From: Opitutales bacterium
GTDB taxonomy: Bacteria > Verrucomicrobiota > Verrucomicrobiia > Opitutales > UBA2987
DNA length: 35,833 nucleotides
Assembly (NCBI GenBank): GCA_965226885.1
Contig: CBDDEL010000001.1
Coordinates: forward strand, 1-35,833
Reading direction: 5' to 3'
Part shown: positions 9,762 through 19,693 of the stretch, in pieces
Numbering within the stretch: the stretch's first letter is position 1
Layout: every line of letters starts with the position of its first letter
Made by a program: the position numbers and the translations under genes
Notes under the pieces: generated by a model
The model's input: only the letters and a program-made list of their open reading frames with translations
What the model was told of the DNA's origin: nothing
Databases searched by the model: none

Positions 9762-10487
9762 ATGGAGGGACCGAAATTGCCAACAAAAACCGATCCAAAC
9801 GAATCTAATTTCGGGCATCGTGAACGCCTGCGCCAGAGATTTGAAAAATTTGGCTTTCCCGGACTGGCCTAGCACGAAGTGGTGGAGCTTCTCCTGACAC
9901 TTTGTATTCCGCGCCGGGATGTGAAAGCCCCGGCCAAAGCCCTCCTGGCGAATTTCGGCAGTCTGAAGGGGATTTTGGATGCCAAACCGGAATCTCTGCG
10001 GCAAGTACGGGGAATCGGCAATGTTACGGCGGTTGCCTTGCGCATCATTCGGCAGGCCGCAACCCTCTATTTGCAGCAGGACCTTGAAAAACGCGATTGG
10101 TTCAACAGCATCGGCAAAGTGGAGGAGTTTTGGCTCAACCGACTGGGAGGTTTGCAGCATGAGGTTTTCGAAGTCGCCTACCTGGACAAGGCTTATAGGC
10201 TGCTGAAAGATGGAGTGGACAGGGTGGAAGAGGGCACCGTCGATTACGCTCATGTTTACCCACGTAAGATCATGGAATCCGCCCTGCGGCGTGCGGCCGC
10301 CTGCATTGTCCTCATACACAACCATCCAACTGGCCGAAACACTCCGTCCCGCGAAGACAGGATTTTGACGGACGAACTGGTAAAGGCCGGCGAATCGCTC
10401 GGCATCCGGGTGCTGGACCACCTCATAATCGCTGGCGATCAGGTCTTCAGCTTCCGGCGCGAGGGCCTCATCCCGCCCCTTGGTTAG
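9762..10487 (+). pseudogene. radC: RadC (JAB-domain) protein with in-frame premature TAG
   Basis: From ATG 9762: ...GHRERLRQRFEKFGFPGLA*HEVVELLL, with TAG at 9870-9872. Downstream are an HhH (VRGIG) and HNHPTG.PS..D...DH JAB motifs. Confidence 0.85.
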
Positions 10488-10494
10488 ATAAGTT

Positions 10495-11127
10495 CTAAAA
10501 AACCAGGTTCAGGTTCCCGGTCAGCCACAAGATGGCCAACTGTCCGAGGCCGACGGCAAACCCGAGTACCCCGCCCAGCAGTTCGATGGTGCGGAATTCC
10601 TTGTTCGCCACCCGTTGGATTAGAGATTCCAGCTTGTCCAGATCGAACGCCTTGATTTGCTCCTCCACGTAAAGGCCGACCTCCATGTGGCGTTCGGCTT
10701 CGTCGCCCAGCTTTTCGGTCAGGGCGGAGGCGTGTCCGGCCAACTCCTCGGCGGCGATTTCCTCAAGCATGTTCAAGGTGTTTTCATTGATGAACCCGCC
10801 GATCAACGGGATAACCCGCAGCCGTTCGGCAATGCCCTCGTGCACCAGTTTCCCGGCGAACTCCCGCATGTGCGGCCCAAGGTCGATCTTCTTGAATTTT
10901 TCCCGAAAAAAATGCTGGGTGACCAGCTCCTTCTCAATGATTTCCGCCGTCCGCGCCGCAATTTCGTCCTGACGTCGCGGAATGAGCCCCTGAAAACGAA
11001 TTCCCAGCAGGCGAAAGGCACGCCGGGGCCGAAAAAGCATTTTGATGGCCACCTTGTTGGTCAACCACCCGATAACAGCCGTAAAAAAAGGAATATAAAC
11101 AAACACCCAATAATCCATAACCCGCAC
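10495..11127 (-). CDS. DUF445 family membrane protein
   Basis: IGWLTNKVAIKMLFRP, QGLIPRRQ and EFRTIELLGGVLGF motifs. Confidence 0.85.
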   Translation of the reverse strand: MRVMDYWVFVYIPFFTAVIGWLTNKVAIKMLFRPRRAFRLLGIRFQGLIPRRQDEIAARTAEIIEKELVTQHFFREKFKKIDLGPHMREFAGKLVHEGIAERLRVIPLIGGFINENTLNMLEEIAAEELAGHASALTEKLGDEAERHMEVGLYVEEQIKAFDLDKLESLIQRVANKEFRTIELLGGVLGFAVGLGQLAILWLTGNLNLVF

Positions 11128-11268
11128 AGTTAAGGAAACTCGTCAGGCAAAGCAAAATATTTTCCACAATAAACCATCGAACCCCAGTTTTCTACAGATC
11201 GAAGCCGATAAATGGTCTATTGAATCATACTGGTTGCGAATCGTCGCGACAAAAGTTCATTCAAAGAA

Positions 11269-12738
11269 CTAACCGGATTTTGGCCGGTGGTCCCAGGGGA
11301 GGCGGACTTTGACGGGTTCTTTTTTCCAGACTTGGTAGGGGTCAAAGATTTTTCCGGGGTTGAGGATGTTGTTGGGATCGAGGGCATTTTTGATGGCCTT
11401 CATGGCCTCGATTTCCGCCCGGTTGTGCTGGAGGCGCAAAAAGGGTGTTTTGGCCAACCCGATGCCATGTTCTCCTGAGATGGCCCCTCCCAGGGCGACG
11501 ACTTTTTTCATGAGGGCATGAATGGCTTTTTCCGCCTGCCTGGCCTGCTTTTTATCCTCTCGATTGAACATTATGTGGACGTGGAAATTGCCGTCCGCAA
11601 TGTGGCCGAAGGTGGGGGTGGCGAGGCCAAAATCCCGCTTCAACCTGAGGGTATGATTAATGAGGGGAATGTAGCCCTGCATGGGCGCCACGATATCTTC
11701 GTTCAACTTTGTGTCGCCCATTTGAAACATGGCTTGGGAGCAGACCCGCCTCACGGCCCAAAGTTCTTCCGTCTCTTGGGAGGAGGAGGCCTCCCTGAAA
11801 TGCGAGGTGTTTTCCTGAGCCCATTGCATGACGATTTCTCTTTCTTCCGCAATTTGCGCTTTATGGCCGTCCAGTTCGAGGAGCAGGAGGGAGGAATTGG
11901 GAGCGCCGGGAAAAACCGGATTGCCGGTGTAGTTTTCTAAACATTGCACGGTTTGCCGGTCGAGGAATTCCAAAATTGAGGGCATGAGCGGTGTCTTCAG
12001 CAGTTTGCGGGCCGACCGCAGGGCTTTGGTCTCGTTTCCAAACGCCGCCAGGCAAGTCCAGCGGGCCTGGGGTTTGGGGACGAGCTTGAGGACGGCTTTT
12101 GTAATGACGCCCAGGGTGCCCTCGCTCCCGATCCATAAATCGCGCATATTATAGCCGGAGGCGAATTTTTTCAATCCGGCTGCCCAGCGCACTTTTTCCC
12201 CGGTCGGTAAAAATCCCTCCAGTCCTAAAATGTAGTCACGGGTGACGCCGTATTTGGCGCCTCTCATCCCCCCGGCGTTGGTGGCGATGGTTCCGCCAAT
12301 GGAGGCGTGTTTTATGGAAGAAGGGTCCGGAGGGTAGAACCAGCCTTTTCTTTCCGCCGCGCGCTGAATGGCGGCAATTCTCGCCCCCGGCTGCACCGTT
12401 GCCATGCCCGCCTCGGCGTTTATGCGAACGCTTCTCCAACCGGATAAATCGAGAACCCAGCCGCCTTGAACAGGGGAAGCGGCCCCTGTCGTAGCCGTGC
12501 CCCCACCGCGCGGCGTCACCGGCACACGGTGGCGGTTGGCCAGTTTCAATAGCGCCCCCACGTCCTCTTCCTTCCTGGGGTGAATAACCGCCTCGGGCAA
12601 AAAGGACAGCCGGGCATTATCGAATGAGGCCGCAAAAAGCGATTTACCGTCGGTGCGAACCGCATCGGCGCCGATCTTTCTTCTCAGGAGGGTAAGCGCT
12701 TTTTCACGCCGGGATTGATCTGTCATTTTTGCCATCAA
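11269..12738 (-). CDS. FAD-linked oxidase (GlcD / D-2-hydroxyacid dehydrogenase family)
   Basis: PRGGGT, YPPDPSS, IGGTIATNAGG, GSEGTLG, GHIADGNFH, SGEHGIG and DPNNILNPGK motifs. Confidence 0.92.
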   Translation of the reverse strand: MMAKMTDQSRREKALTLLRRKIGADAVRTDGKSLFAASFDNARLSFLPEAVIHPRKEEDVGALLKLANRHRVPVTPRGGGTATTGAASPVQGGWVLDLSGWRSVRINAEAGMATVQPGARIAAIQRAAERKGWFYPPDPSSIKHASIGGTIATNAGGMRGAKYGVTRDYILGLEGFLPTGEKVRWAAGLKKFASGYNMRDLWIGSEGTLGVITKAVLKLVPKPQARWTCLAAFGNETKALRSARKLLKTPLMPSILEFLDRQTVQCLENYTGNPVFPGAPNSSLLLLELDGHKAQIAEEREIVMQWAQENTSHFREASSSQETEELWAVRRVCSQAMFQMGDTKLNEDIVAPMQGYIPLINHTLRLKRDFGLATPTFGHIADGNFHVHIMFNREDKKQARQAEKAIHALMKKVVALGGAISGEHGIGLAKTPFLRLQHNRAEIEAMKAIKNALDPNNILNPGKIFDPYQVWKKEPVKVRLPWDHRPKSG

Positions 12739-12911
12739 TCATTTTATGGTTCTGTTGGGCAATCTGCCATTCCTTTGCCCAAAAGTAAAAAGCCTTTTGC
12801 ATTTATGTTTTAAATTTGTTTCTTTTAACCTGTTACAACAACTTGTTCATCTGCGTTTCTTAAAAGATGGCAGTGCGGATTATTACCCAAAAATAAATAA
12901 AGGATTCACAC

Positions 12912-14106
12912 ATGCGCCAACTATCTTTGACCCGGTTTATGGTATCTTTGACAACCGTCATGTTGCTAATCCCTACCGGATATGGGCGAACCATCGTCCA
13001 TGCGGGCCGTCTCATTGACGGGGTGGGGGACGAGCCCCGAAAGGAAGTCACTATCGTCATCGAAGGCGATCGCATTGTGGAAGTGGCGCAGGGTTACCTG
13101 ACAGTGGGAGATGACGACGAACTTATCGACTTGAAAGACCGGACGGTTATGGCCGGTTTGATGGATATGCATGTGCACCTCTATTCCCAGCACTCAAAAC
13201 TTCGCTACAAGGAAAGGACATCCTTCAATGGGCCGGATTACGCCTACAAATCCGTAAAATATGCCAAAAAAACCCTGAAAGCCGGATTCACCACGGTGAG
13301 AAATCCCGGCGATGAATACAATGTGACGATTTCCCTGCGCAATGCCATCGAGAAGGGGTGGGTGGTCGGTCCGCGTATCTTTACGGCCTTTACGGCCGGC
13401 AAAAGCATCGCCACCACCGGCGGTCACGCCGACCCCTCCAATGGGTTGAGCGATCAGCTGAGTTATGACGCCGGGCCTCTCGGGGGCGTCATAAACGGCC
13501 CGGACGAAGCCCGCAAGGCCGTCCGGCAGCGCTACAAAGACGGCGCCGATCTGATCAAAATCACGGCCACCGGCGGCGTCCTCAGCCTGGCCAAAAGCGG
13601 GCAAAATCCGCAATTCACGATGGAGGAGCTGGAGGCCATTGTGGATACGGCCAAGGATTACGGATTCACCGTAGCCGTCCACGCCCACGGCACCGAGGGC
13701 ATGAAGCGGGCCGTGCTGGCCGGTGTCGATTCGATAGACCACGGGACCTTTATGACCGAAGAGGTTATGGAATTGATGATCGAACGCGGCACTTATTATG
13801 TGCCCACCATTTCGGCCGGGGTCTGGGTCGGGGAAAAAGCGAAAGAAGACGGTTATTTCCCTGAAATCGTGCGGGGCAAGGCAGCTTCCATCGGACCGGT
13901 TATTAGCGAAACCTTTGCCAAAGCCTACAAAGCTGGCGTCAAGATCGCTTTCGGCACGGATACCGGAGTCTCCCCGCACGGCGATAACGCCAATGAATTC
14001 ATTTACATGGTTGAAGGTGGCGGTTCCCGGCAACCCTCTGGAAGACATCGAATTAATGACAAAAGTGAACTTTGTCATGAAAGCCGGTGTCGTTTACAAA
14101 GAATAA
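12912..14106 (+). pseudogene. Amidohydrolase (Xaa-Pro dipeptidase-like) with internal deletion/frameshift near the C-terminus
   Basis: [21 protein letters not shown] and FGTD motifs. After MVEGG the expected ATxxAA..LG..G.I..GK.AD segment is missing, and the natural tail [11 protein letters not shown]...[10 protein letters not shown] lies in another frame, joined at GTGGC (14017-14021). Also an in-frame 9-bp duplication (FTAFTA, 13380-13397). Confidence 0.8.
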
Positions 14107-14154
14107 GAATAGAAATAAATTACCAATCTTAATACTAACCGGTACTAACCGGCG

Positions 14155-15003
14155 ATGAAAATGAAAACCGTTTCCCTTCTATTACTCATCTGCGGGTGCC
14201 TTCCCGCTCTCACCCTTGGCTGGGGGGGCGACGGCCACCGCATCGTCGGAGCCATTGCCGCCAGTTATCTTACGGAGGAAGCCAGGGCCGCCGTAAGGGG
14301 CCTTATCGGCGAGGAGACTTTGGCCGCGGCATCCACCTGGGCCGATGAGATCAAGAGCGATGATTCCTACAAATGGGCCTACCGGCTGCATTTTATCAAC
14401 CTGCCGATGGGGGCTGAAAAAGTGGACCTGGCCCGCGATTGCGTCGATGGGGATTGCGTGGTGGCGGCCATCAATAAATATTCCGCCATCATGGCAGATG
14501 CCGGGGCGGAGCGGGAAGACCGTATTGAAGCCCTCAAGTTTTTGGTCCATTTCATTGGCGATATCCACCAGCCCCTGCACGTTTCCTATGCCGATAACCT
14601 GGGGGGCAACACGGTTAAAGTCAGTTGGTTCGGGAAAACGGCCGACACCGGCCCATTCGGAGATTTCGAGTGGAACCTGCACGGAGCCTGGGATTTCGGT
14701 TTTATCAGCCGGAGAACGGGCAGCGACTGGGCAGCCCTGGCCATACGCATTCGGGCGGATATAAACGATCTTCAATTGATCAATTGGAGCAGCACCCGCG
14801 ATCCCGAGCAATGGGCCAACGAATCTTATTACATCACCCGGCAGATATACAACCAACTGCCGCAGGACAAAGCGCTGGGGCGGGAATTTTACGAGAAACA
14901 TATCGCCACCGTGGAGACCCGCCTGGCCTCTGCCGGGGTCCGCTTGGCCGCCCTTTTGAACCGAAGTTTTTCCGGTATGGCAGTTGCCTCATCGGCAAAT
15001 TAA
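14155..15003 (+). CDS. S1/P1 nuclease, secreted
   Basis: Signal peptide followed by WGGDGH, WAD, HFIGDIHQPLH and LHGAWD zinc-ligand motifs. Confidence 0.93.
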   Translation: MKMKTVSLLLLICGCLPALTLGWGGDGHRIVGAIAASYLTEEARAAVRGLIGEETLAAASTWADEIKSDDSYKWAYRLHFINLPMGAEKVDLARDCVDGDCVVAAINKYSAIMADAGAEREDRIEALKFLVHFIGDIHQPLHVSYADNLGGNTVKVSWFGKTADTGPFGDFEWNLHGAWDFGFISRRTGSDWAALAIRIRADINDLQLINWSSTRDPEQWANESYYITRQIYNQLPQDKALGREFYEKHIATVETRLASAGVRLAALLNRSFSGMAVASSAN

Positions 15004-15114
15004 ATTGCGTCCCATAAAAAAGATCGAAAGGACTGGCTGGATGGATGAATTGCGCAGTGGCATATAATTAATTTTCTTGTGAAATTTGTTTAACCAATTT
15101 ATCGATGAACTATC

Positions 15115-15981
15115 ATGAATGACAAATTTTCCGCCTATGCCCGCCCCGAAGCCTTGGTCGATACCGACTGGCTTGCCCAAAACCTGGAGAATCCCGAAAT
15201 CCGCATTATTGAAAGCAACGAGGATGTTCTCCTTTACGATACCGGCCATGTGCCCGGCGCCGTCCATATTGATTGGCGGCGCGACTTGCAGGATGATAAT
15301 ATCCGCGATTATGTGAGCACGGAAAATTTTGCCCAACTATGCTCGCGCAACGGCATTACACCGGACACCATTTGTGTTTTTTACGGGGACAAGTCCAACT
15401 GGTGGTCTTGCTATGCTCTATGGGCCTTTCGGCTTTATGGACACGAGAAGGTCCGCATCGTCGATGGCGGCAGGAATAAATGGATCGCCGAGGATCGTCC
15501 CCTGACGCGCGATGTTCCCACCTATCCGGCTACCCAATATCCTGTGCCGGAAAAGCGGCTCGACGAAGAAATCCGGGCCTACGCCAAAGAAACCCTGGCC
15601 CATGCCGAAGCCGGAAAACCGCTCGTCGATGTGCGTTCTCCCGGAGAGTTTCGCGGCGAAATTACCCACATGCCCGATTACCCCCAGGAGGGCGTATTGC
15701 GCGGCGGGCACATTCCCGGGGCCAAAAGCAAACCCTGGTCAACCGCCGCCAATGATGACGCAACCTTCAAAAGCCGGGCCGAACTGGGGGAAATTTACAC
15801 AAGCGAACTGGGCCTCGATCCGGACGGCGACACCATCGTTTACTGCCGCATCGGTGAACGCTCCAGCCATACCTGGTTCGTCCTGACCTACCTGCTCGGT
15901 TACTCCGATGTGCGCAATTACGATGGTTCCTGGACCGAATGGGGCAACACTGTGCGCTCGCCCATCGAAAAGGGTGACTGA
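15115..15981 (+). CDS. Sulfurtransferase (two-domain rhodanese, SseA/CysA-like)
   Basis: GHVPGA, GHIPGA, active site YCRIGERSS and YDGSWTEW. Confidence 0.93.
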   Translation: MNDKFSAYARPEALVDTDWLAQNLENPEIRIIESNEDVLLYDTGHVPGAVHIDWRRDLQDDNIRDYVSTENFAQLCSRNGITPDTICVFYGDKSNWWSCYALWAFRLYGHEKVRIVDGGRNKWIAEDRPLTRDVPTYPATQYPVPEKRLDEEIRAYAKETLAHAEAGKPLVDVRSPGEFRGEITHMPDYPQEGVLRGGHIPGAKSKPWSTAANDDATFKSRAELGEIYTSELGLDPDGDTIVYCRIGERSSHTWFVLTYLLGYSDVRNYDGSWTEWGNTVRSPIEKGD

Positions 15982-15990
15982 CTGAATCCC

Positions 15991-16455
15991 GTGCAAAATG
16001 GAAACGGCAATTACCCCGCTAAGCTTCGGGAAATTATCGAATTTTTCGACTTTCTGGGCGAAGATGAGAAGCGTGAAAACCTGATTGCCTACTCGGATAA
16101 CGCCAGTAAACAGGAACCCCGCAAAGGGGAAACTTTTGACCTCGAAGACGTGCGCAAAGATGCCGAGTGCACCGACACAGTGGGCGTTTATCTGAAGGTC
16201 GATAGGCAAAATGAGGTAATCTTTCGAATCACCCTGGGGCCGCAGGTACAAACTCTCACCAGGGCCATGACGGCCATCCTTTGCTCCGGTTTGAACGGAG
16301 CTTCACCCGAAAGCATTGTCGAGATTCCCCAGGATTTCGTCCCCAAAATCGTGGGAGGAGAACTGGTTCGAGTGCGCAGCCAAACTATTTACTATGTCCT
16401 CGGACGAATGAAGGGCGTCTGCCGGGTTTACCTGCGCCGCCGCCTTGGCGTGTAA
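15991..16455 (+). CDS. SufE-family sulfur acceptor protein
   Basis: LREIIEFF...LIAY, ECTDTV cysteine, ILCSGLNGASPESI; 9 bp after the rhodanese. Confidence 0.75.
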   Translation: MQNGNGNYPAKLREIIEFFDFLGEDEKRENLIAYSDNASKQEPRKGETFDLEDVRKDAECTDTVGVYLKVDRQNEVIFRITLGPQVQTLTRAMTAILCSGLNGASPESIVEIPQDFVPKIVGGELVRVRSQTIYYVLGRMKGVCRVYLRRRLGV

Positions 16456-16671
16456 CTAACCGTAAAAGGCGAGGGAAAGGCTTGAATCAATCTAATCCGG
16501 CTTTACAATGCTGCGGTGTCCGTGAACCCGATCTTGCTCTATTCTCTGATAGTCTTGCCGTGTATGGAGTCGATAAAGCTACGCCTCTTCATCCCGGAGC
16601 ACCTGATTGTGCGTGTCTGAAGCCTGGCCGGTGGCCGTTTTTCTCCCGACATTAACAAGGATATGATTTCG

Positions 16672-17474
16672 GGTAGTGTATTAAGTAGGAATGGTGGCTA
16701 ATTCTTGATTATATTGATGAATGAAAAGTCTCAGACAGGTTTCATGCATACTCTTAAGCTTGGAAAAGGAGAGGGTTTTGCGTGTGAAACGACCCAGTCG
16801 TTGGCGCAGGGTATTGTTCCATCGTTCCACATGGGCCGTTTCACCGGTTTCTTTTCCCACGGATCGGTTATGAGGAAAGACTTCATCATAAGTGCTCCAA
16901 AAGTCGCTGTAGGTGGCACATCTTTTGTAGGCCCGTGGCAGACGCTCGTAAAGTTCCCGGCAACGATACCAATCCCGAGGCCCAATGGCATAGGAGAGGA
17001 TTTGACGGGTGCGTCGGCAAAGAGCGATCCAAACCCATTGGGCATCGCTCTTGCGCCCCACAAAAGACCACAGTTCGTCCAGTTCAATGACATCATGGCG
17101 GCGGGCCGCAAGAATCGTGCTTTTGAGCGGTCGCAGCGATTGTCGTTTTTTTTAACCAACTCAAAACGGTGTTGGGACTCACCCCGAAGGCGCGCTGTAA
17201 ACCGCGTAGACTGCTGCGTTCCTGATAGACTCGAAGGATCATTTCTTTTTTGCTCTTCGGTGTATTTCACTGTGGGGTTTTCGGGGCTTTGTTTACCACA
17301 ATCATGGCAGCGGTAGCGCTGTTTATGGTTGGGCGTCTTGCCAAATTTAATGATATTTTCACTTCCACAGTGCCGCCAATTAATAATTTTAGTAACCATG
17401 CACTAAGAATAAACTGCCTAACGCTATTTGTACAGCTAAAAATACAAAATAACATTCTTTTTTTATACACTACC
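16672..17474 (-). mobile_element. IS1-family element copy A (degenerate)
   Basis: IRs GGTAGTGTATAAAAAAAGAATG / GGTAGTGTATTAAGTAGGAATG; 8-bp TSD TGATTTCG; InsA has Cys-to-Trp (NWRHC) and an extra A frameshift; InsB 16681-17061. Confidence 0.93.
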
Positions 17475-18222
17475 TGATTTCGCAGCAGTGTCAGATGAAT
17501 ATTCAGATTAGAAATCGCTTTCTTCCGCATCATTGTAGGAATCTGGATCGAACACGTCAGGCGTTATAGCATATTCTAGAAAACATATTATACAGATTTA
17601 CATTTTAAGGTAATTAAAATTTATAATAATCATAAAATTGAATTTAACCGAGATTATATTCTGATATTTAAAATCCAACTATGGATTTACAATACTGAAA
17701 TATGAATAAAAGCCGCAATAATATATTACGAATTCTCAAGATTATACCAGTGGGATAAGTCGCGATTTAAAAAGCTTGCTCAATTTTTCAACTTCACTCC
17801 TAAGATCATTGTTCAAGCGTTCTCTTGTTTCAGGACGAATAATTGCTTTTGGTGAATTTGATCCACCTAATATTGTGGCTAGCGATCTTCCAATAAATTT
17901 TTTAGTAGAGTAAGGCAGGCGGTTTGTAATTTTCATAATTGATGGAAAGAATCTTAAAGTTTTTCGGTAGTGTATAAAAAAAGAATGTTATTTTGTATTT
18001 TTAGCTGTACAAATAGCGTTAGGCAATTTATTTTTAGTGCATGGTTACTAAAATTATTAATTGTCGGCACTGTGGAAGTGAAAATATCATTAAATTTGGC
18101 AAGACGCCCAACCATAAACAGCGCTACCGCTGCCATGATTGTGGTAAACAAAGCCGCGAAAACCCCACAGTGAAATACACCGAGGAGCAAAAAGAAATGA
18201 TCCTTCGAGTCTATCAGGAACG

Positions 18223-19024
18223 GGTAGTGTATAAAAAAAGAATGTTATTTGGTATTTTTAGCTGTACAAATAGCGTTAGGCAGTCTATTCTTAGTGCATG
18301 GCTACTAAAATTATTAATTGTCGGCACTGTGGAAGTGAAAATATCATTAAATTTGGCAAGACGCCCAACCATAAACAGCGCTACCGCTGCCATGATTGTG
18401 GTAAACAAAGCCGCGAAAACCCCACAGTGAAATACACCGAAGAGCAAAAAGAGATGATCCTTCGAGTCTATCAGGAACGCAGCAGTCTACGCGGTTTACA
18501 GCGCGCCTTCGGGGTGAGTCCCAACACCGTTTTGAGTTGGTTAAAAAAAACGACAATCGCTGCGACCGCTCAAAAGCACGATTCTTGCGGCCCGCCGCCA
18601 TGATGTCATTGAACTGGACGAACTGTGGTCTTTTGTGGGGCGCAAGAGCGATGCCCAATGGGTTTGGATCGCTCTTTGCCGACGCACCCGTCAAATCCTC
18701 TCCTATGCCATTGGGCCTCGGGATTGGTATCGTTGCCGGGAACTTTACGAGCGTCTGCCACGGGCCTACAAAAGATGTGCCACCTACAGCGACTTTTGGA
18801 GCACTTATGATGAAGTCTTTCCTCATAACCGATCCGTGGGAAAAGAAACCGGTGAAACGGCCCATGTGGAACGATGGAACAATACCCTGCGCCAACGACT
18901 GGGTCGTTTCACACGCAAAACCCTCTCCTTTTCCAAGCTTAAGAGTATGCATGAAACCTGTCTGAGACTTTTCATTCATCAATATAATCAAGAATTAGCC
19001 ACCATTCCTACTTAATACACTACC
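18223..19024 (+). mobile_element. IS1-family element copy C (802 bp, complete), nested in copy B
   Basis: Both IRs present; 8-bp TSD CAGGAACG (18215-18222 / 19025-19032). Confidence 0.95.
18298..19015 (+). CDS. IS1-family transposase InsA-InsB (frameshifted at A8)
   Basis: InsA zinc finger CRHC...CHDC and HTH; InsB ELDELW, SDFW, HVERWN DDE motifs; A8 run at 18543-18550. Confidence 0.88.
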
Positions 19025-19693
19025 CAGGAACGCAGCAGTCTACGCGGTTTACAGCGCGCCTTCGGGGTGAGTCCCAACACCGTTTTGAGTTGGTTAAAAA
19101 AAACGACAATCGCTGCGACCGCTCAAAAGCACGATTCTTGCGGCCCGCCGCCATGATGTCATTGAACTGGACGAACTGTGGTCTTTTGTGGGGCGCAAGA
19201 GCGATGCCCAATGGGTTTGGATCGCTCTTTGCCGACGCACCCGTCAAATCCTCTCCTATGCCATTGGGCCTCGGGATTGGTATCGTTGCCGGGAACTTTA
19301 CGAGCGTCTGCCACGGGCCTACAAAAGATGTGCCACCTACAGCGACTTTTGGAGCACTTATGATGAAGTCTTTCCTCATAACCGATCCGTGGGAAAAGAA
19401 ACCGGTGAAACGGCCCATGTGGAACGATGGAACAATACCCTGTGCCAACGACTGGGTCGTTTCACACGCAAAACCCTCTCCTTTTCCAAGCTTAAGAGTA
19501 TGCATGAAACCTGTCTGAGACTTTTCATTCATCAATATAATCAAGAATTAGCCACCATTCCTACTTAATACACTACCAGTTTTTCTAAGAAAAAAATTTC
19601 CACTTTTTCTGGCAGGGTTGTGAATTTTGAATTCTGGATAAAATATTTTGTTAATTCCAAGGAAATCCAAAGTTTCACCGTAGATCATTTTAG

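Larger units (their letters stand above)
17966..19577 (+). mobile_element. IS1-family element copy B, interrupted by copy C
   Basis: TSD AGTTTTTC (17958-17965 / 19578-19585); 17966-18222 plus 19033-19577 equals 802 bp. Confidence 0.93.

Noticed and set aside
9870..9872. Stop-codon reassignment or pyrrolysine
   Set aside because: TAG terminates other genes normally (FAH, radC end, DUF445, transposase) and no pyl genes are seen.
13194..14078. 294-aa antisense ORF (and similar shadow ORFs such as 4596-5285, 9753-10421, 14182-14901, 30646-31470)
   Set aside because: Opposite well-supported genes, with no recognisable motifs; expected from GC-rich codon bias.
16480..17590. Possible decayed gene (FLEYAITPDVFD...IHLTLLRNHILVN) interrupted by IS1 A
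   Set aside because: Needs several frameshifts and no family can be assigned without a search.
16672..19577. Composite transposon formed by IS1 A and B
   Set aside because: Each element has its own matching TSD, so they are independent insertions.
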